A stretch of DNA of 46,582 nucleotides from Nemertoderma westbladi (GCA_032718475.1 JAUCBJ010005713.1:1-46582); one strand, 5' to 3'. Counted from the stretch's first letter, positions 11,623 to 25,400 are shown. Program-made: numbers and translations. Notes: generated by a model not told the origin, from the letters alone.

Positions 11623-13104
11623 CTACAGTGGAACCCCGGTGTGCCTTGTAGGCCTACAGTGGAACCCCGTTGTGCCTTGTAGGCCTACAGTGGAACCCCG
11701 GTGTGCCTTGTAGGCCTACAGTGGAAACTCGGTATGCCTTGTAGGCCTACAGTGGAACCCCGGTGTGCCTTGTAGGCCTACAGTGGAACCTCGGTATGCC
11801 TTGTAGGCCTACAGTGGAACCCCGGTGTGCCTTGTAGGCCTACAGTGGAACCCCGGTGCGACTTGTAGGCCTACAGTGGAACCCCGGTGTGCCTTGTAGG
11901 CCTACAGTGGAACCCCGATGTGCCTTGTAGGCCTACAGTGGAACCCCGGTGTGCCTTGTAGGCCTACAGTGGAACCTCGGTATGCCTTGTAGGCCTACAG
12001 TGGAACCCCGGTGTGCCTTGTAGGCCTACAGTGGAACCCCGGTGTGCCTTGTAGGCCTACAGTGGAACCTCGGTATGCCTTGTAGGCCTACAGTGGAACC
12101 CCGGTGTGCCTTGTAGGCCTACAGTGGAACCCCGATGTGCCTTGTAGGCCTACAGTGGAACCCCGGTGTGCCTTGTAGGCCTAAGTGGAAACCTGGTGTG
12201 CGTTGTAGGCCTACAGTGGAACCCCGGTGTGCCTTGTAGGCCTACAGTGGAACCCCGGTGTGACTTGTAGGCCTACAGTGGAACCTCGGTATGCCTTGTA
12301 GGCCTACAGTGGAACCCCGGTGTGCCTTGTAGGCCTACAGTGGAACCTCGGTATGCCTTGTAGGCCTACAGTGGAACCCCGGTGTGCCTTGTAGGCCTAC
12401 AGTGGAACCCCGATGTGCCTTGTAGGCCTACAGTGGAACCCCGGTGTGCCTTGTAGGCCTAAGTGGAAACCTGGTGTGCGTTGTAGGCCTACAGTGGAAC
12501 CCCGGTGTGCCTTGTAGGCCTACAGTGGAACCCCGGTGCGACTTGTAGGCCTACAGTGGAACCTCGGTATGCCTTGTAGGCCTACAGTGGAACCCCGGTG
12601 TGCCTTGTAGGCCTACAGTGGAACCCCGGTGTGCCTTTTTTGTAGGCCAACAGTGGAACCCCGGTGTGCCTTGTAGGCCTACAGTGTAACCCCGGTGTGC
12701 TTTGTAGGCCTACAGTGGAACCCCGGTGTGCCTTGTAGGCCTACAGTGGAACCCCGTGTGCCTTGTAGGCCTACAGTGGAACCTCGGTATGCCTTGTAGG
12801 CCTACAGTGGAACCCCGGTGTGACTTGTAGGCCTACAGTGGAACCCCGGTGTGACTTGTAGGCCTACAGTGGAACCCCCGTGTGCCTTGTAGGCCTACAG
12901 TGGAACCCCCGTGTGCCTTGTAGGCCTACAGTGGAACCCCGGTGTGACTTGTAGGCCTACAGTGGAACCCCGATGTGCCTTGTAGGCCTACAGTGGAACC
13001 CCGGTGTGACTTGTAGGCCTACAGTGGAACCCCGATGTGCCTTGTAGGCCTACAGTGGAACCCCGGTGTGACTTGTAGGCCTACAGTGGAACCCCGATGT
13101 GCCT
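11623..13104. repeat. 31-bp tandem satellite, about 48 copies
   Basis: Unit ctacagtggaaccccggtgtgccttgtaggc, with the 12-bp palindrome tgtaggcctaca across each junction. Confidence 0.97.
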
Positions 13105-13363
13105 AGTACTTGCACCAATCTCCAGTTGCTGCAGAGCACACTATATACTACAACAGTAGGCTAACTGCATGCCATTACTTCCATTATCCATTATAATATT
13201 TAATTATACAATTATTAAATATACAGTTTATCTAAAAAATACTTCCTAAATCAATTCCAATTATTAGGTTAATAGAGTGCCCATTCATAGCAATTAAATT
13301 TTATCATCTCATAAAATTAGATAAATTAAATGGTTTAATAAAAGTTTTATTTTACGGTTTATT

Positions 13364-13541
13364 TTACGCCCCCGGTTTCGGTTCATCGCCGATGGTTTTT
13401 GGCGCGTCTGCTATTCCGATGATGACATCCGGATTCCCCCCGGATCCATCGCAACTGGAGACAGGAGACCCGGCGTCGGCAAGTCTCCAACCAGCGAACG
13501 GTTGAAAAGACTGAAAGAAATCGCTCTGGAACCAAGAACTC
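13364..13541 (-). CDS. TMEM121/CECR6-family protein, exon 4 (terminal)
   Basis: Acceptor ccttttcag; its phase matches the exon 3 donor. Reads RSSWFQSDFF...PKPGA* and is a GC-richer island. Confidence 0.65.
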
Positions 13542-13674
13542 CTGAAAAGGTTAACAAAACCCGCGTCACTAAATGTGTGAAGTATAATGAGACATACAAA
13601 TATAGAATAAGAAATATAATCAACGGTAAAATATAATATAATTCTTGCTATAGTTGATAAAATTACAGTTGAAA

Positions 13675-14626
13675 TCCTGTTGTCACTACAGTCTCCTGTT
13701 GTCACTACAGTCTCATGTTGTCACTAGTCTCCTGTTGTCACTACAGTCTCCTGTTGTCACTACAGTCTCATGTTGTCACTAGTCTTCTGTTGTCACTACA
13801 GTCTCATGTTGTCACTACAGTCTCCTGTTGTCACTACAGTCTCCTGTTGTCAGTACAGTTTCATGTTGTCACTACAGTCTCATGTCGTCACTACAGTCTC
13901 CTGTTGTCACTACAGTCTCCTGTTGTCACTAGTCTCCTGTTGTCACTACAGTCTCATGTTGTCACTACAGTCTCCTGTTGTCACTACAGTCTCATGTTGT
14001 CACTAGTCTCCTGTTGTCACTACAGTCTCCTGTTGTCACTACAGTCTCATGTTGTCACTAGTCTCCTGTTGTCACTACAGTCTCCTGTTGTCACTACAGT
14101 CTCATGTTGTCACTAGTCTCCTGTTGTCACTACAGTCTCATGTTGTCAATACAGTCTCCTGTTGTCACTACAGTCTCCTGTTGTCAGTACAGTCTCGTGT
14201 TGTCACTACAGTTTCATGTTGTCACTACAGTCTCATGTTGTCACTACAGTCTCCTGTTGTCACTACAGTCTCCTGTTGTCACTAGTCTCCTGTTGTCACT
14301 ACAGTCTCATGTTGTCACTACAGTCTCCTGTTGTCACTACAGTCTCCTGTTGTCACTAGTCTCCTGTTGTCACTACAGTCTCCTGTTGTCACTACAGTCT
14401 CCTGTTTTCACTACAGTCTCCTGTTGTCACTACAGTCTCCTGTTGTCAGTACAGTCTCGTGTTGTCACTACAGTTTCATGTTGTCACTACAGTCTCCTGT
14501 TGTCACTACAGTCTCCTGTTGTCACTACAGTCTCCTGTTGTCACTAGTCTCCTGTTGTCACTACAGTCTCCTGTTGTCACTACAGTCTCCTGTTGTCACT
14601 ACAGTCTCCTGTTGTCACTACAGTCT
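13675..14626. repeat. 19-bp minisatellite with 17-bp variants, inside intron 3 of the TMEM121-like gene
   Basis: Unit tc(c/a)tgttgtcactacagtc; the short variant lacks ca. Confidence 0.97.
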
Positions 14627-15042
14627 ACAATATTAAGTTTTTATCTAAACTTTCTATTACTACAGGTTCCTCCATCAACTCAAAGGATTTTTAAGTGTAA
14701 TTTCTGTAGTCCTAGATAGGATACCGGAAAATAAAAATAACAATATACAGAAGGCATACAATTGTAGGCCTACCTCACATTAATTATTTTCATTTTCATG
14801 AAACCAAGGACATTCTGGGCCCATTCCATGCAAATGTCAACCGCTTATGTCTAGACACATGTCGTAGGCCTACAATACAACCGTATCTTGTAATTTCTTG
14901 ATTTTCTTCAATATCTTCGGTGTAGGACAATAATTTTCAAAGTCATAATTTTGAAATGTCTAACTTATTTAATGTTAAAAATTATTCATCTATACAGAAA
15001 TATATTCGGTTTACTTATAAAATTACAGTATTTTATTTATAC

Positions 15043-15188
15043 CTTCCCACAGAACAACGATCCTGAAGTTTCTCATCACAATCGCTCTTCATCTGTTGGA
15101 TTCGCGGTAATTCATCAAGCAGCAATTCTTTAATTAATTTACCATCGAGAACTAACATTATAATGTTCTTCATTAAGAAAGCATCAGC
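15043..15188 (-). CDS. TMEM121/CECR6-family protein, exon 3
   Basis: Acceptor ctttttag; ADAFLMKNIIML (family-type FxxKN motif); donor ag|gtataa, phase 2. Confidence 0.75.
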
Positions 15189-16074
15189 CTAAAAAGTAAA
15201 TAAATTGAGTTAAAAGGGTCGACAACAACATAACGATAATATAAAATAGTCAAAAGGACTAAATGTACCATATAAAAGATAAATAATAAATTAACTATTT
15301 ATTTAAAAAAAATACATTTTTGTACGACTTAGAGGTGTATGCTTTTACTATTCATCGAAAATGCGTATTATAAAGAAAACAAAAATACTTTCTTTTGCTA
15401 ATTGGCTTGTGCTAATTGGTTAATCATGTCTACTACATAGTAAGGATAAGAACACATGGGGGAAAATACCGTAATGGTAAGAACCAATTAAGACAGTACG
15501 TCCATCCAAAATTAACCTTACACCCGGGTCACACATTACATTACACATAGCCTGGAGACGTTCGCACATGTTCCATCTAACTACAAAGTTAAAATCTGGC
15601 ATTTCTATCATTGACAAACAAACAATCTTAAGTAACCACCATTATTTATCAACTGAATAGCGCAAATCAAACCCTTGTCCAGCTTTTAAATTGGAATTTT
15701 GCCAATTATTTTTTGAGTGTGTGTGTTGATTGTTTGTTTGTTGTAGTTAATTTATTTGTTTTGTTTGTGTTTTTTGAAGGCCCTATCGGCTAAGTACTAT
15801 TTTTGGGATTTATGTCCTGATTCCAGATTTTTGGTGTAATTCTCGAATGTTTACCTCTTCAGTTTAATTTAATATAACCACATACTCTAGGCCTACAGTT
15901 GTAGGCCTACATATGTACTGTACTGTTGGCTACGTGTACGACGTATGGCATTTGCACGAATCTACTACCACATTTGAGGACACTTAATAGCGACTGAAAT
16001 GCATCAGAAATCGAGATATCATTGTTTGATTATAATTTAAGAGGATGATCTAAACGTTCATCGACGTTACTAAC

Positions 16075-16191
16075 CTGTACTTTGTTCTGTCGCCACAATA
16101 CAATTCTGAGAAGAAGATAGGGTAGATTGTTGCTGAGCATAATGCAGACATGATATATTAATCTGAGAACGAGAACTCTCAACGCAGATGA
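16075..16191 (-). CDS. TMEM121/CECR6-family protein, exon 2
   Basis: Acceptor atttttcag; NNLPYLLLRIVLW (family-type NLPxLxxR motif); donor cag|gttagt, phase 0. Confidence 0.8.
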
Positions 16192-18343
16192 CTGAAAAAT
16201 GAATGCACATACATTATACTGTATATGTAGGTACAAACATACAGTAAATAGTATTTCTCAAATATAACTATTTTGTGTCACTTACGGTGCACTGTATAAA
16301 ATGGGTGAACTGTCATAAAAAATTATTAAGTATTTTAAACAGGACTTAGGATGACCCTAAAGTTCAGGTTGAGATTTGGATGATATCTAATAAACATTTT
16401 CGCCTTTTTTCTGGGGAAGATGATTCATACTGTATCAGTACTCTACAGTTACTCCGTTAGGGGAAGAAATGTATGAAAGGGAAATAATTGTCGAAGTTAA
16501 TAATTCTTTCAATATGAAACTCGACATATATTTGCTGGACCTTTGGTGAGGGCTGGTCCGGCTTGCAGTCTCACAATCACACACTATGTTGCTATACTGT
16601 AGGGCAACATTAAAATACTGTAGAAATCTTCTCATATGTCTCGCACGTGCTGCGTGAAGGTCCCACTTCCTGGCTGCTGGCTGCTACCGTACTGTATAAG
16701 GCAACAGTCATTGTTTGATTTATTTTCGTAGGATAAAATAGTTTGATAATGTTATTTTGTGTAACAATACACATAGTAAACAAGGGTCATGTGATAATAA
16801 CATACTGCATTCAGTAATATTCTGTTTTATTAATGGTATCGGTATTATTATTAATTCTTCATATCTTTAGGATTAAATTGATATTTTACTCTAACATTAT
16901 AGTAGACACAAAACAAACGTAGACTATACCTTATAAGCACAACCTACACAAAGTGAGCCGGAGCCGAGGTTTACTTTGCAAAGGTCGGCCCACAATGTAT
17001 TCGCCCTTAGCCCTTGTTTGTTTAATTAAGATGATTTCTTGCGGTTGTTTGATTTCGAGGAAAATATATTATGTAATAAAGATACGCCGATGAAATGCGA
17101 AAATGCTGTACCTACAACCTGTTGGGAAACATGCATGGACATGCTGATCTGCTACAGTTTCTACACAAGTGTAAGCGTCGCATAAAGTGTATATGAGACT
17201 TTGTGTAGCAAAGTAAAAAAATTTAGTAAATTTATTTAAATTTAGTACCAAATTTGGTTCAATTTCGGAAACCTGTCAACCAACAGAATCAGCCTGTTAT
17301 CATCGATATATTGCGCAGCCATACATACATAAACAATATGTTCCAGAATATTCTACAGCGAAAGATAATTATTGAACGCCTATATCTCTCTGAGCTGTTT
17401 CTCAACGGAACTCAGAAACATTGTTACTTATTTGGAATCATTGTAGAGCAATATTTTATTTTATCATGCCGAATTGCAACGGACTCCGGCACAGATTGAG
17501 GCACGGTAACAGGCAGAGATAGTGAATATCGCTATAAAGTATTGTAATTGCCCAGCCATAATTTCAAATTTGATTTTACTTTTATACTGTGATTAATGGT
17601 ATTATAGACCTACATGTTCAGAAAATAGCCTCCCCCGCCGCACTACAGTCTGCTGATCATTGATTGGTCGCAGAATATTTTACTTTAGTTTCCAATTTTT
17701 ATGTACAAATATTCATAAAATTGAGACTAGAAAGCCAGCAAGCTGGCTGGAAGGAGCCCGGGAGAAGAATCCTAGCCAAGACAATTACAAAGAACTATGT
17801 CAGTCAGCAGTAAGTTAACTAAACAATTGTCTAAACTGCAAGGCGTGAGGCTAGCTGACTTTGTGGCTAGCCCCACATAATAAATAATGCAACTTAGCTA
17901 CCACTAACAAAAATATAATATGAAGCAAATAATTTCATTATCAAGCAAGTTTACAAGATATAAGATATGATTGCCGAATATTTATAAAAGATGCCCATGA
18001 TGCACAACCAGATAAATAACAAATAATAAATTGAGTTTCCTTATTGTAGATCTACCCTTACGAAGTACTGGTAGAGCAATCAGCTTATGGGGTAATACAT
18101 TAGAAACCCACAGCCACATCTTATGTGTGAGTAAACATTTCCTTATAGCCTACAAGTAAAACTTGGCAACCAACACGTTTTACTATGATTGTGTATAACT
18201 CTGTCTGCAGGAAGTGCCTGAACCTGGATTATTATCAGTCAGTCAGTCAGTCAGTGTTAAACCTGAGATTTTTACAGTAAGTATCCCGCTGCGCTGTCGA
18301 GCGGGCTCCTAATTAATTTCTAATTTTAATTAGATTAACTCAC

Positions 18344-18997
18344 CCGGTAGTGTCTAGCTCTGTAGAGAACAAGAAGTCCCAAGGCAGGAAGATAGATAAC
18401 CGAGTTAGACAACAGCAAGACCGCTAAACGTAGCCTATCGTTACTGAAAACTGCATCCTTGTAGAGATAGCTGGTTAGAGAAACGGAATCCATGATATTC
18501 ATAACCGCATATAGTATGTTTAAGTGGATGTAAAGGGCGCGTTTACTGTTAGACTTATAGTTGTGGTGCATCAAAGTGAGCGGTATTATTAAAGCAGCGC
18601 TAAGAGACAGCGCAATCAATATGAACGACTCAGTGTTGTAATAATCGTATTTATTTTCTCTCATAGAGATAATAGTCTTTGGACAGAATAAATATGCGGA
18701 TTTGGCTGCGTAAACTGAAGCGTAAACGATCCAGGATACAGAGGCAAATCGGTATGACGAAGGTTTCTCTTTGAGAATATCTAGTCCGTATTCTTCGTGT
18801 TGGCGGTAGGCAAAGAGTTTGGCTATGTGAATCTCGATAAGCCATGCTACAGCTACCATGATGTCGGCGACGACCCAGACGTATGAAAGATTAAGAGTAT
18901 TGATGAAGAAACTGTTGATGATGTAAGCCTGTGCGACGAGTATCGCAATGCAGGATAACTTGAGGAACCTAGAATTCCACGGTGATGGTTTCGGCAT
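18344..18997 (-). CDS. TMEM121/CECR6-family multi-pass membrane protein, exon 1 (364 aa in total)
   Basis: 218 codons with several hydrophobic helices; WVVAD, SWIVYA..AK, NIMDSV and LP motifs; donor cgg|gtgagt. Confidence 0.8.
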
Positions 18998-20335
18998 CTT
19001 GGTCCCGAATCTACATTAAATCACTCATCACCGTTTTAGCTCACTATGAGTCACTAAGCTCATAGTATAACATTTAAATACGTAACCAATGTGTGAAATA
19101 ATCTCACATTTTCAATGAAGCCAAACAAGTTAAGTAAAGTAATACGGATTAGGGATTAATTGTTTGATTGAATATGGGTAGGGGGCCTATAGGTGGGCAG
19201 AGTACAGTAATAGGTAGATTATGAAAATAGTTACAAATATTCTTAACTTTTGTGTTAAATTAATTTTTAATGTGTTAATATCGTTGTAATCCTTGCAATT
19301 CATAATAAATACTGTATTGCTGTGGGGTAATTAATATAATTATTTATTACAGTATGGTTCGGAATAATTACATAAACTTTTCTGGTTTCCTATCCATGAG
19401 GACTGATTAGGCCTACCTACCCCTGTTTTGAATCCCTTCAATTTAATGAATTTTACAATTAACATGCAAATTTGATGTTTTTTTTAGTGGGACATTATTG
19501 TTCTTTAAACTTTATAAATCCGTATGAAGGATGACACGTCCTGGTTTTGTATGGTTTTGGTTAGTACTTCTAGTGGCGGCTTTAATAATATACTTATTGA
19601 TACTAATCTCCGCCATGCACTAACAGAAACCCACGTAAAACAAAGGAGGACAGCACTTTCCCAAAGTAAATATATAATGTGTATTACCATGGCCTTACAA
19701 TAGACTTGGATTACAGTACATTGTTTGTTTTAGGTATTTGTTAACTCCCAGCCAGTAGCTTCGATGTGGAACAGAACTAATTACTAATTGTGATGTAACT
19801 GGTCTCCTCCCCATTAATGTTAGATACTTAATTTATAAAATTGTATCTAAATTTTACTGATTCTCGTGAAATCACGCCACCTTTTCTTATAATTATGTCA
19901 AATCATGTCAAAAAGAATTGAATGGCAAATTTCTTATCCATTGTCATCTTTTAAGAAAAAGTCATTTCGGGTTTATATAATCCCAATAACCAATACGATT
20001 ACAGTTTACTCTTATTTACTCAAAGCAATCACTCTACCATTGATAAGGTCAACTACTCACTACTAGACAGCGTATACTGCGGTAATGTTATGTAAAGGGA
20101 TTTATATCATCAACCTTCAAGAGTTCCAGGGTATTTGAGTTGCCTTATCGATAAATTTCTAACTACAACCGCGGTGTTGTGTGGGTGTAAACGCTATGCC
20201 GACAGTGTCGGCGTTACGTTGTGCCGACAGTGTGGCGGCTAAAACCTCAATTAATACAAATACGTAGTGTATTTTAAGTAAGTCAATAAGTAGTGTATTC
20301 CTTTGGGATTTGGTCATTTTGGCGAGTCGTTTTAA

Positions 20336-20435
20336 GGGTGTTCGGACACTTCCCCCCCGGACACTTCCCCCCCGGACACTTCTCCCCCGGACAGTTTCCC
20401 CCCGCTCAAGTAGGACACTTCCCCCCCCCCCGACT
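20336..20435 (+). repeat. Orphan end of another GGGT-starting element with 15-bp subterminal repeats
   Basis: gggtgtt followed by about five cggacacttcccccc-like units. No matching inverted end found. Confidence 0.55.
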
Positions 20436-21285
20436 GTTCTTAACTTCGCACATTCGTATTTTTCATTTTGTAAAGTAAACGGACAGCTTGTATCCAGACA
20501 ATTTGTATCCAATTTTCCTTTCGTAGCTCAGAAAGTGATTTTTTACATCCCGATTTTACATTTTATATGCAAGTTTTATTTGTGGGTTTTATCAATGCAA
20601 TTACATCGTATTGTTTGCTAATCTTTAAACAATTAATTAGATGACCTATAAATTCCATCCCCCGAATGATAATATACTGTTTTTATTGTAACTATAGAAT
20701 TATAATAATTAATTGTTTTAATTATAGGTATTATTATGTAATAGTCTTCTTCAAATTGTAGCAGATGGGGATGAATATTATAGTTGCAATCAAAATTATA
20801 CTTCTCCAGGGTAAAATCGACATGCGTCGACCTGTATTCTGTGTTCAGTATTACATATTGATATACATATTACTATACATACTATATAGATATTATACAC
20901 ACAAAATCTTAAATTTCCTGGTTACTTGCAATATTTTTAATAGGATTTTGTTGAATTATATAATATTGTAGTAATTTATATATTAAATTGGTTAACATTC
21001 AATGCAGCTCCTACTCCAGGGGAATGAAGCTGAGATGGCGTCCCCCCCCCCCCCCCCCCTACCTTCAATAATTTTAACTTATCTTTTATGACGTTGTTTT
21101 CTTAAATATTATACTTCAATTATATCTTACATAATATTATGCTAATATATATTATTGTTATATATTTGTCTATATTATTGTGATAATATTATTAGATTTC
21201 TTTTTCATCACTGAAATTTTCAGTTTTTTTTTAAATGTCGCAAAATGTTGAAAATGATATGATAAATGAACATTTTGAAAATGTT

Positions 21286-22284
21286 GACATTGTCGGCACA
21301 ACGTAACGCCGACACTGACGGCACAACGTAACGCCGACACTGACGGCACAACGTAACACCGACACTGACGGCACAACGTAACGCCGACACTGTCGGCACA
21401 ACGTAACGCCGACATTGTCGGCATAACGTAACGCCGACACTGTCGGCACAACGTAACACCGACACTGACGGCACAACGTAACGCCGACACTGTCGGCACA
21501 ACGTAACACCGACACTGACGGCACAACGTAACGCCGACACTGTCGGCACAACGTAACGCCGACACTGACGGCACAAAGTAACGCCAACACTGTCGGCATA
21601 ACGTAACGCCGACACTGTCGGCACATCGTAACGCCGACACTGTCGGCACAACGTAACGCCGACACTGTCGGCACAACGTAACGCCAACACTGTCGGCACA
21701 ACGTAACGCCGACACTGTCGGCACAACGTAACGCCGACACTGTCGGCACAACGTAACGCCGACACTGTCGGCACAACGTAACGCCGACACTGTCGGCACA
21801 ACGTAACGCCGACACTGTCGGCACAACGTAACGCCGACACTGTCGGCACAACGTAACGCCGACACTGTCGGCACAACGTAACGCCGACACTGTCGGCACA
21901 ACGTAACGCCGACACTGTCGGCACAACGTAACGCCGACACTGTCGGCACAACGTAACGCCGACACTGTCGGCACAACGTAACGCCGACACTGTCGGCATA
22001 ACGTAACGCCGACACTGTCGGCACAACGTAACGCCGACACTGTCGGCACAACGTAACGCCGACACTGTCGGCACAACGTAACGCCGACACTGTCGGCACA
22101 ACGTAACGCCGACACTGTCGGCACAACGTAACGCCGACACTGTCGGCACAACGTAACGCCGACACTGTCGGCACAACGTAACGCCGACACTGTCGGCATA
22201 ACGTAACGCCACACTGTCGGCACAACGTAACGCCGCACACTGTCGGCACAACGTTATGCCGACACTGTCGGCACCCTGTCGGCA
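21286..22284. repeat. 25-bp tandem satellite, about 40 copies, with an internal palindrome
   Basis: Unit gacactgtcggcacaacgtaacgcc; gccgaca-c-tgtcggc dyad across junctions. Confidence 0.97.
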
Positions 22285-22472
22285 CAGCGTTTACACCCGT
22301 GTTGTATGTATGTATACGATATTTTATTTCATCAATACCAACTATTAACCATTAGGGAATCATTCCTCATAATCGAAAAATGTCTACAAACACCAACCAA
22401 CAAACCAAACAAACTAACAAACAAAATAACAAACAAACAACCAGTAACCCAAAGAAGTCCTGCAACCTTCAG

Positions 22473-25400
22473 AAGATCTCCACCCAGCATCCCTCCCACG
22501 TAAACTCTCCACCGAGAATCCCTCATAAGATCTCCACCCAGCATTCCTCGTAAGATCTCCACCCAGCATCCCTCCCACGTAAAATCTCCACCGAGAATCC
22601 CTCATAAGATCTCCACCCAGCATTCCTCGTAAGATCTCCTCCCAGCATCCCTCCCATGTAAGATCTCCACCGAGTAATCCCTCATAAGATCTCCACCCAG
22701 TATCCTTCGTAAGATCTCCACCCAGTATCTATCCCTCGTAGGATCTCCAGCCAGTATCCCTCCCACGTAAGATCTCCACCAAGTATCCCTCCCTCGTAAG
22801 ATCTCCACCCAGTATCCTTTGCAAGATTTCCACCCAGTATCACTCCCACGTAAGATCTCCACCCAGTATCCCTCGTAAGATCTCCACTCAGTATCCCGTT
22901 CACGTAAGATCTCCACCCAGTATCCCTCCCACGTAAGATATCCACCCAGTATCCCTCCCTCGTAAGATCTCCACCCAGTATCCCTCGTAAGATCTCCACC
23001 CAGTATCCCTCCCACGTAAGATATCCACCCAGTATCACTTCCACGTAAGCATACTCCACCCAGTATCCCTCGCAGATCCCCACCCAGAATCCCTCCCACG
23101 TAAGATCTCCACCCAGTATCCCTCGTAAGATCTCCACCCAGTATCCCTCCCACGTAAGATCTCCACCCAGTATCCCTCCCACGTAAGATCTCCACCCAGT
23201 ATCCCTCGTAAGATCTCCACCCAGTATCCTCCTCGTAAGATCTCCACCCAGTATCCCCCCTCCCCACGTAAGATCTCCACCCAGTATCCCTCCCTCGTAA
23301 GATCTCCACCCAGTATCCCTCCCACGTAAGATCTCCACCCAGTATCCCTCGTAAGATCTCCACCCAGTATCCCTCCCTCGTAAGATCTCCACCCAGTATC
23401 CCTCCTAAGATCTCCACTCAGTATCCCTCCCACGTAAGATATCCACCAAGTATCCCTCCCTCGTAAGATCTCCACCCAGTATCCTTCGCAAGATCTCCAC
23501 CCAGTATCACTCCCACGTAAGATCTCCACCCAGTATCCCTCGTAAGATCTCCACCCAGTATCCCTCCACGTAAGATCTCCACCCAGTATCCCTCCCACGT
23601 AAGATCTCCACCCAGTATCCCTCCCTCGTAAGATCTCCACTCAGTATCCCTCCCCGTAAGATCTCCACCCAGTATCCCTCCCACGTAAGATCTCCACCCA
23701 GTATCCCTCGTAAGATCTCCACCCAGTATCCCTCCCACGTAAGATCTCCACCCAGTATCCCTCCCACGTAAGATCTCCACCCAGTATCCCTCGTAAGATC
23801 TCCACCCAGTATCCCTCCCTCGTAAGATCTCCACCCAGTATCCCTCCCACGTAAGATCTCCACCCAGTATCCCTCCCACGTAAGATCTCCACCCAGTATC
23901 CCTCCCAAGTAAGATCTCCACCCATTATCCCTCGTAAGATATCCACTCAGTATCCCCCCTCTTAAGATTTCCACCCAGTATCCCTCCTAAGATCTCCACG
24001 CAGTATCCCTCCCACGTAAGATATCCACCCAGTATCACTCCCACGTAAGATCTCCACCCAGTATCCCTCGTAAGATCTCCAATCAGTATCCCGTTCACGT
24101 AAGATCTCCATCCAGTATACCCTCCCACGTAAGATCTCCACCCAGTCCTCCCACGTAAGATCTCCACCCAGTATTCCTCCCTCGTAAGATCTCCACCCAG
24201 TATCCCTCCCTCGTAAGATCTCCACTCAGTATCCCTCCCTCGTAATATCTCCACCCAGTATCCCTCCCACGTAAGATCTCCACCCAGTATCCCACGTAAG
24301 ATCTCCACCCAGTATCCCTCCCACGTAAGATCTCCACCCAGTATCCCTCCCTCGTAAGATCTCCACCCAGTATCCCTCCTTGTAAGATCTCCACCCAGTA
24401 TCCCTCCCACGTAAGATCTCCACTCAGTATCATTCCCACGTAAGATCTCCACCCAGTATCCCTCCCACGTAAGATCTACACCCAGTATCCCTCCCACGTA
24501 AGATCTCCACCCAGTATCCCTCCCTCGTAAGATCTCCACCCAGTATCCCTCCCTCGTAAGATCTCCACTCAGTATCTCGTCCACGTAAGATCTCCTCCCA
24601 GTACCCCCCCCCCCCCCCTCGTAAGATCTCCACCCAGTATCCCTCGTAAGATTTCCACCCAGTATCCCTCCCACGTAAGATCTCCACCCAGTATCCCTCG
24701 TAAGATCTCCACTCACTATCCCGTTCACGTAAGATCTCCACCCAGTATCCCTCGTAAGATCTCCACTGAGTATCCCGTTCACGTAAGATCTCCACCCAGT
24801 ATCCCTCGTAAGATCTCCACCCAGTATCCCTCGTAAGATCTCCACCCAGTATCCCTCCATCGTAAGATCTCCACCCAGTATCCCTCGTAAGATCTCCACC
24901 CAGTATCCCTCCCACGTAAGATTCCCACCCAGTATCCGTCAAAACGTAAGATCTCCACCCAGTATCCCTCGTAAGATCTCCACTCAGTATCCCGTTCACG
25001 TAAGATCTCCACCCAGTATCCCTCGTAAGATCTCCACTCAGTATCCCGTTCACGTTAGATCTCCACTACGTATCCCTCGTAAGATCTCCATCCAGTATCC
25101 CTCCATCGTAAGATCTCCACTCAGTATCCCGTTCACGTAAGATCTCCCCTCACTATCCCGTTCACGTAAGATCTCCACTCAGTATCCCGTTCACGTAAGA
25201 TCTCCACCCAGTATCCCTCGTAAGATCTCCACCCAGTATCCCTCCCACGTAAGATCTCCACCCAGTATCCCTCCCATGTAAGATCTCCACCCAGTATCCC
25301 TCCTACGTAAGATCTCCACTCAGTATCCCGTTCACGTAAGATCTCCCCTCACTATCCCGTTCACGTAAGATCTCCACTCAGTATCCCGTTCACGTAAGAT

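Larger units (their letters stand above)
20183..22298. mobile_element. Non-autonomous Mutator-like TIR element with a satellite-expanded right arm
   Basis: TIR gggtgtaaacgct(a/g)tgccgacag at both ends. 9-bp TSD gtgttgtgt (20174-20182) / gtgttgtat (22299-22307). Confidence 0.85.

Noticed and set aside
21170-22285. Long Cys/Arg-rich ORFs
   Set aside because: All three minus frames give the same repeated peptide because the 25-bp unit lacks stops on that strand; artefact of the satellite.
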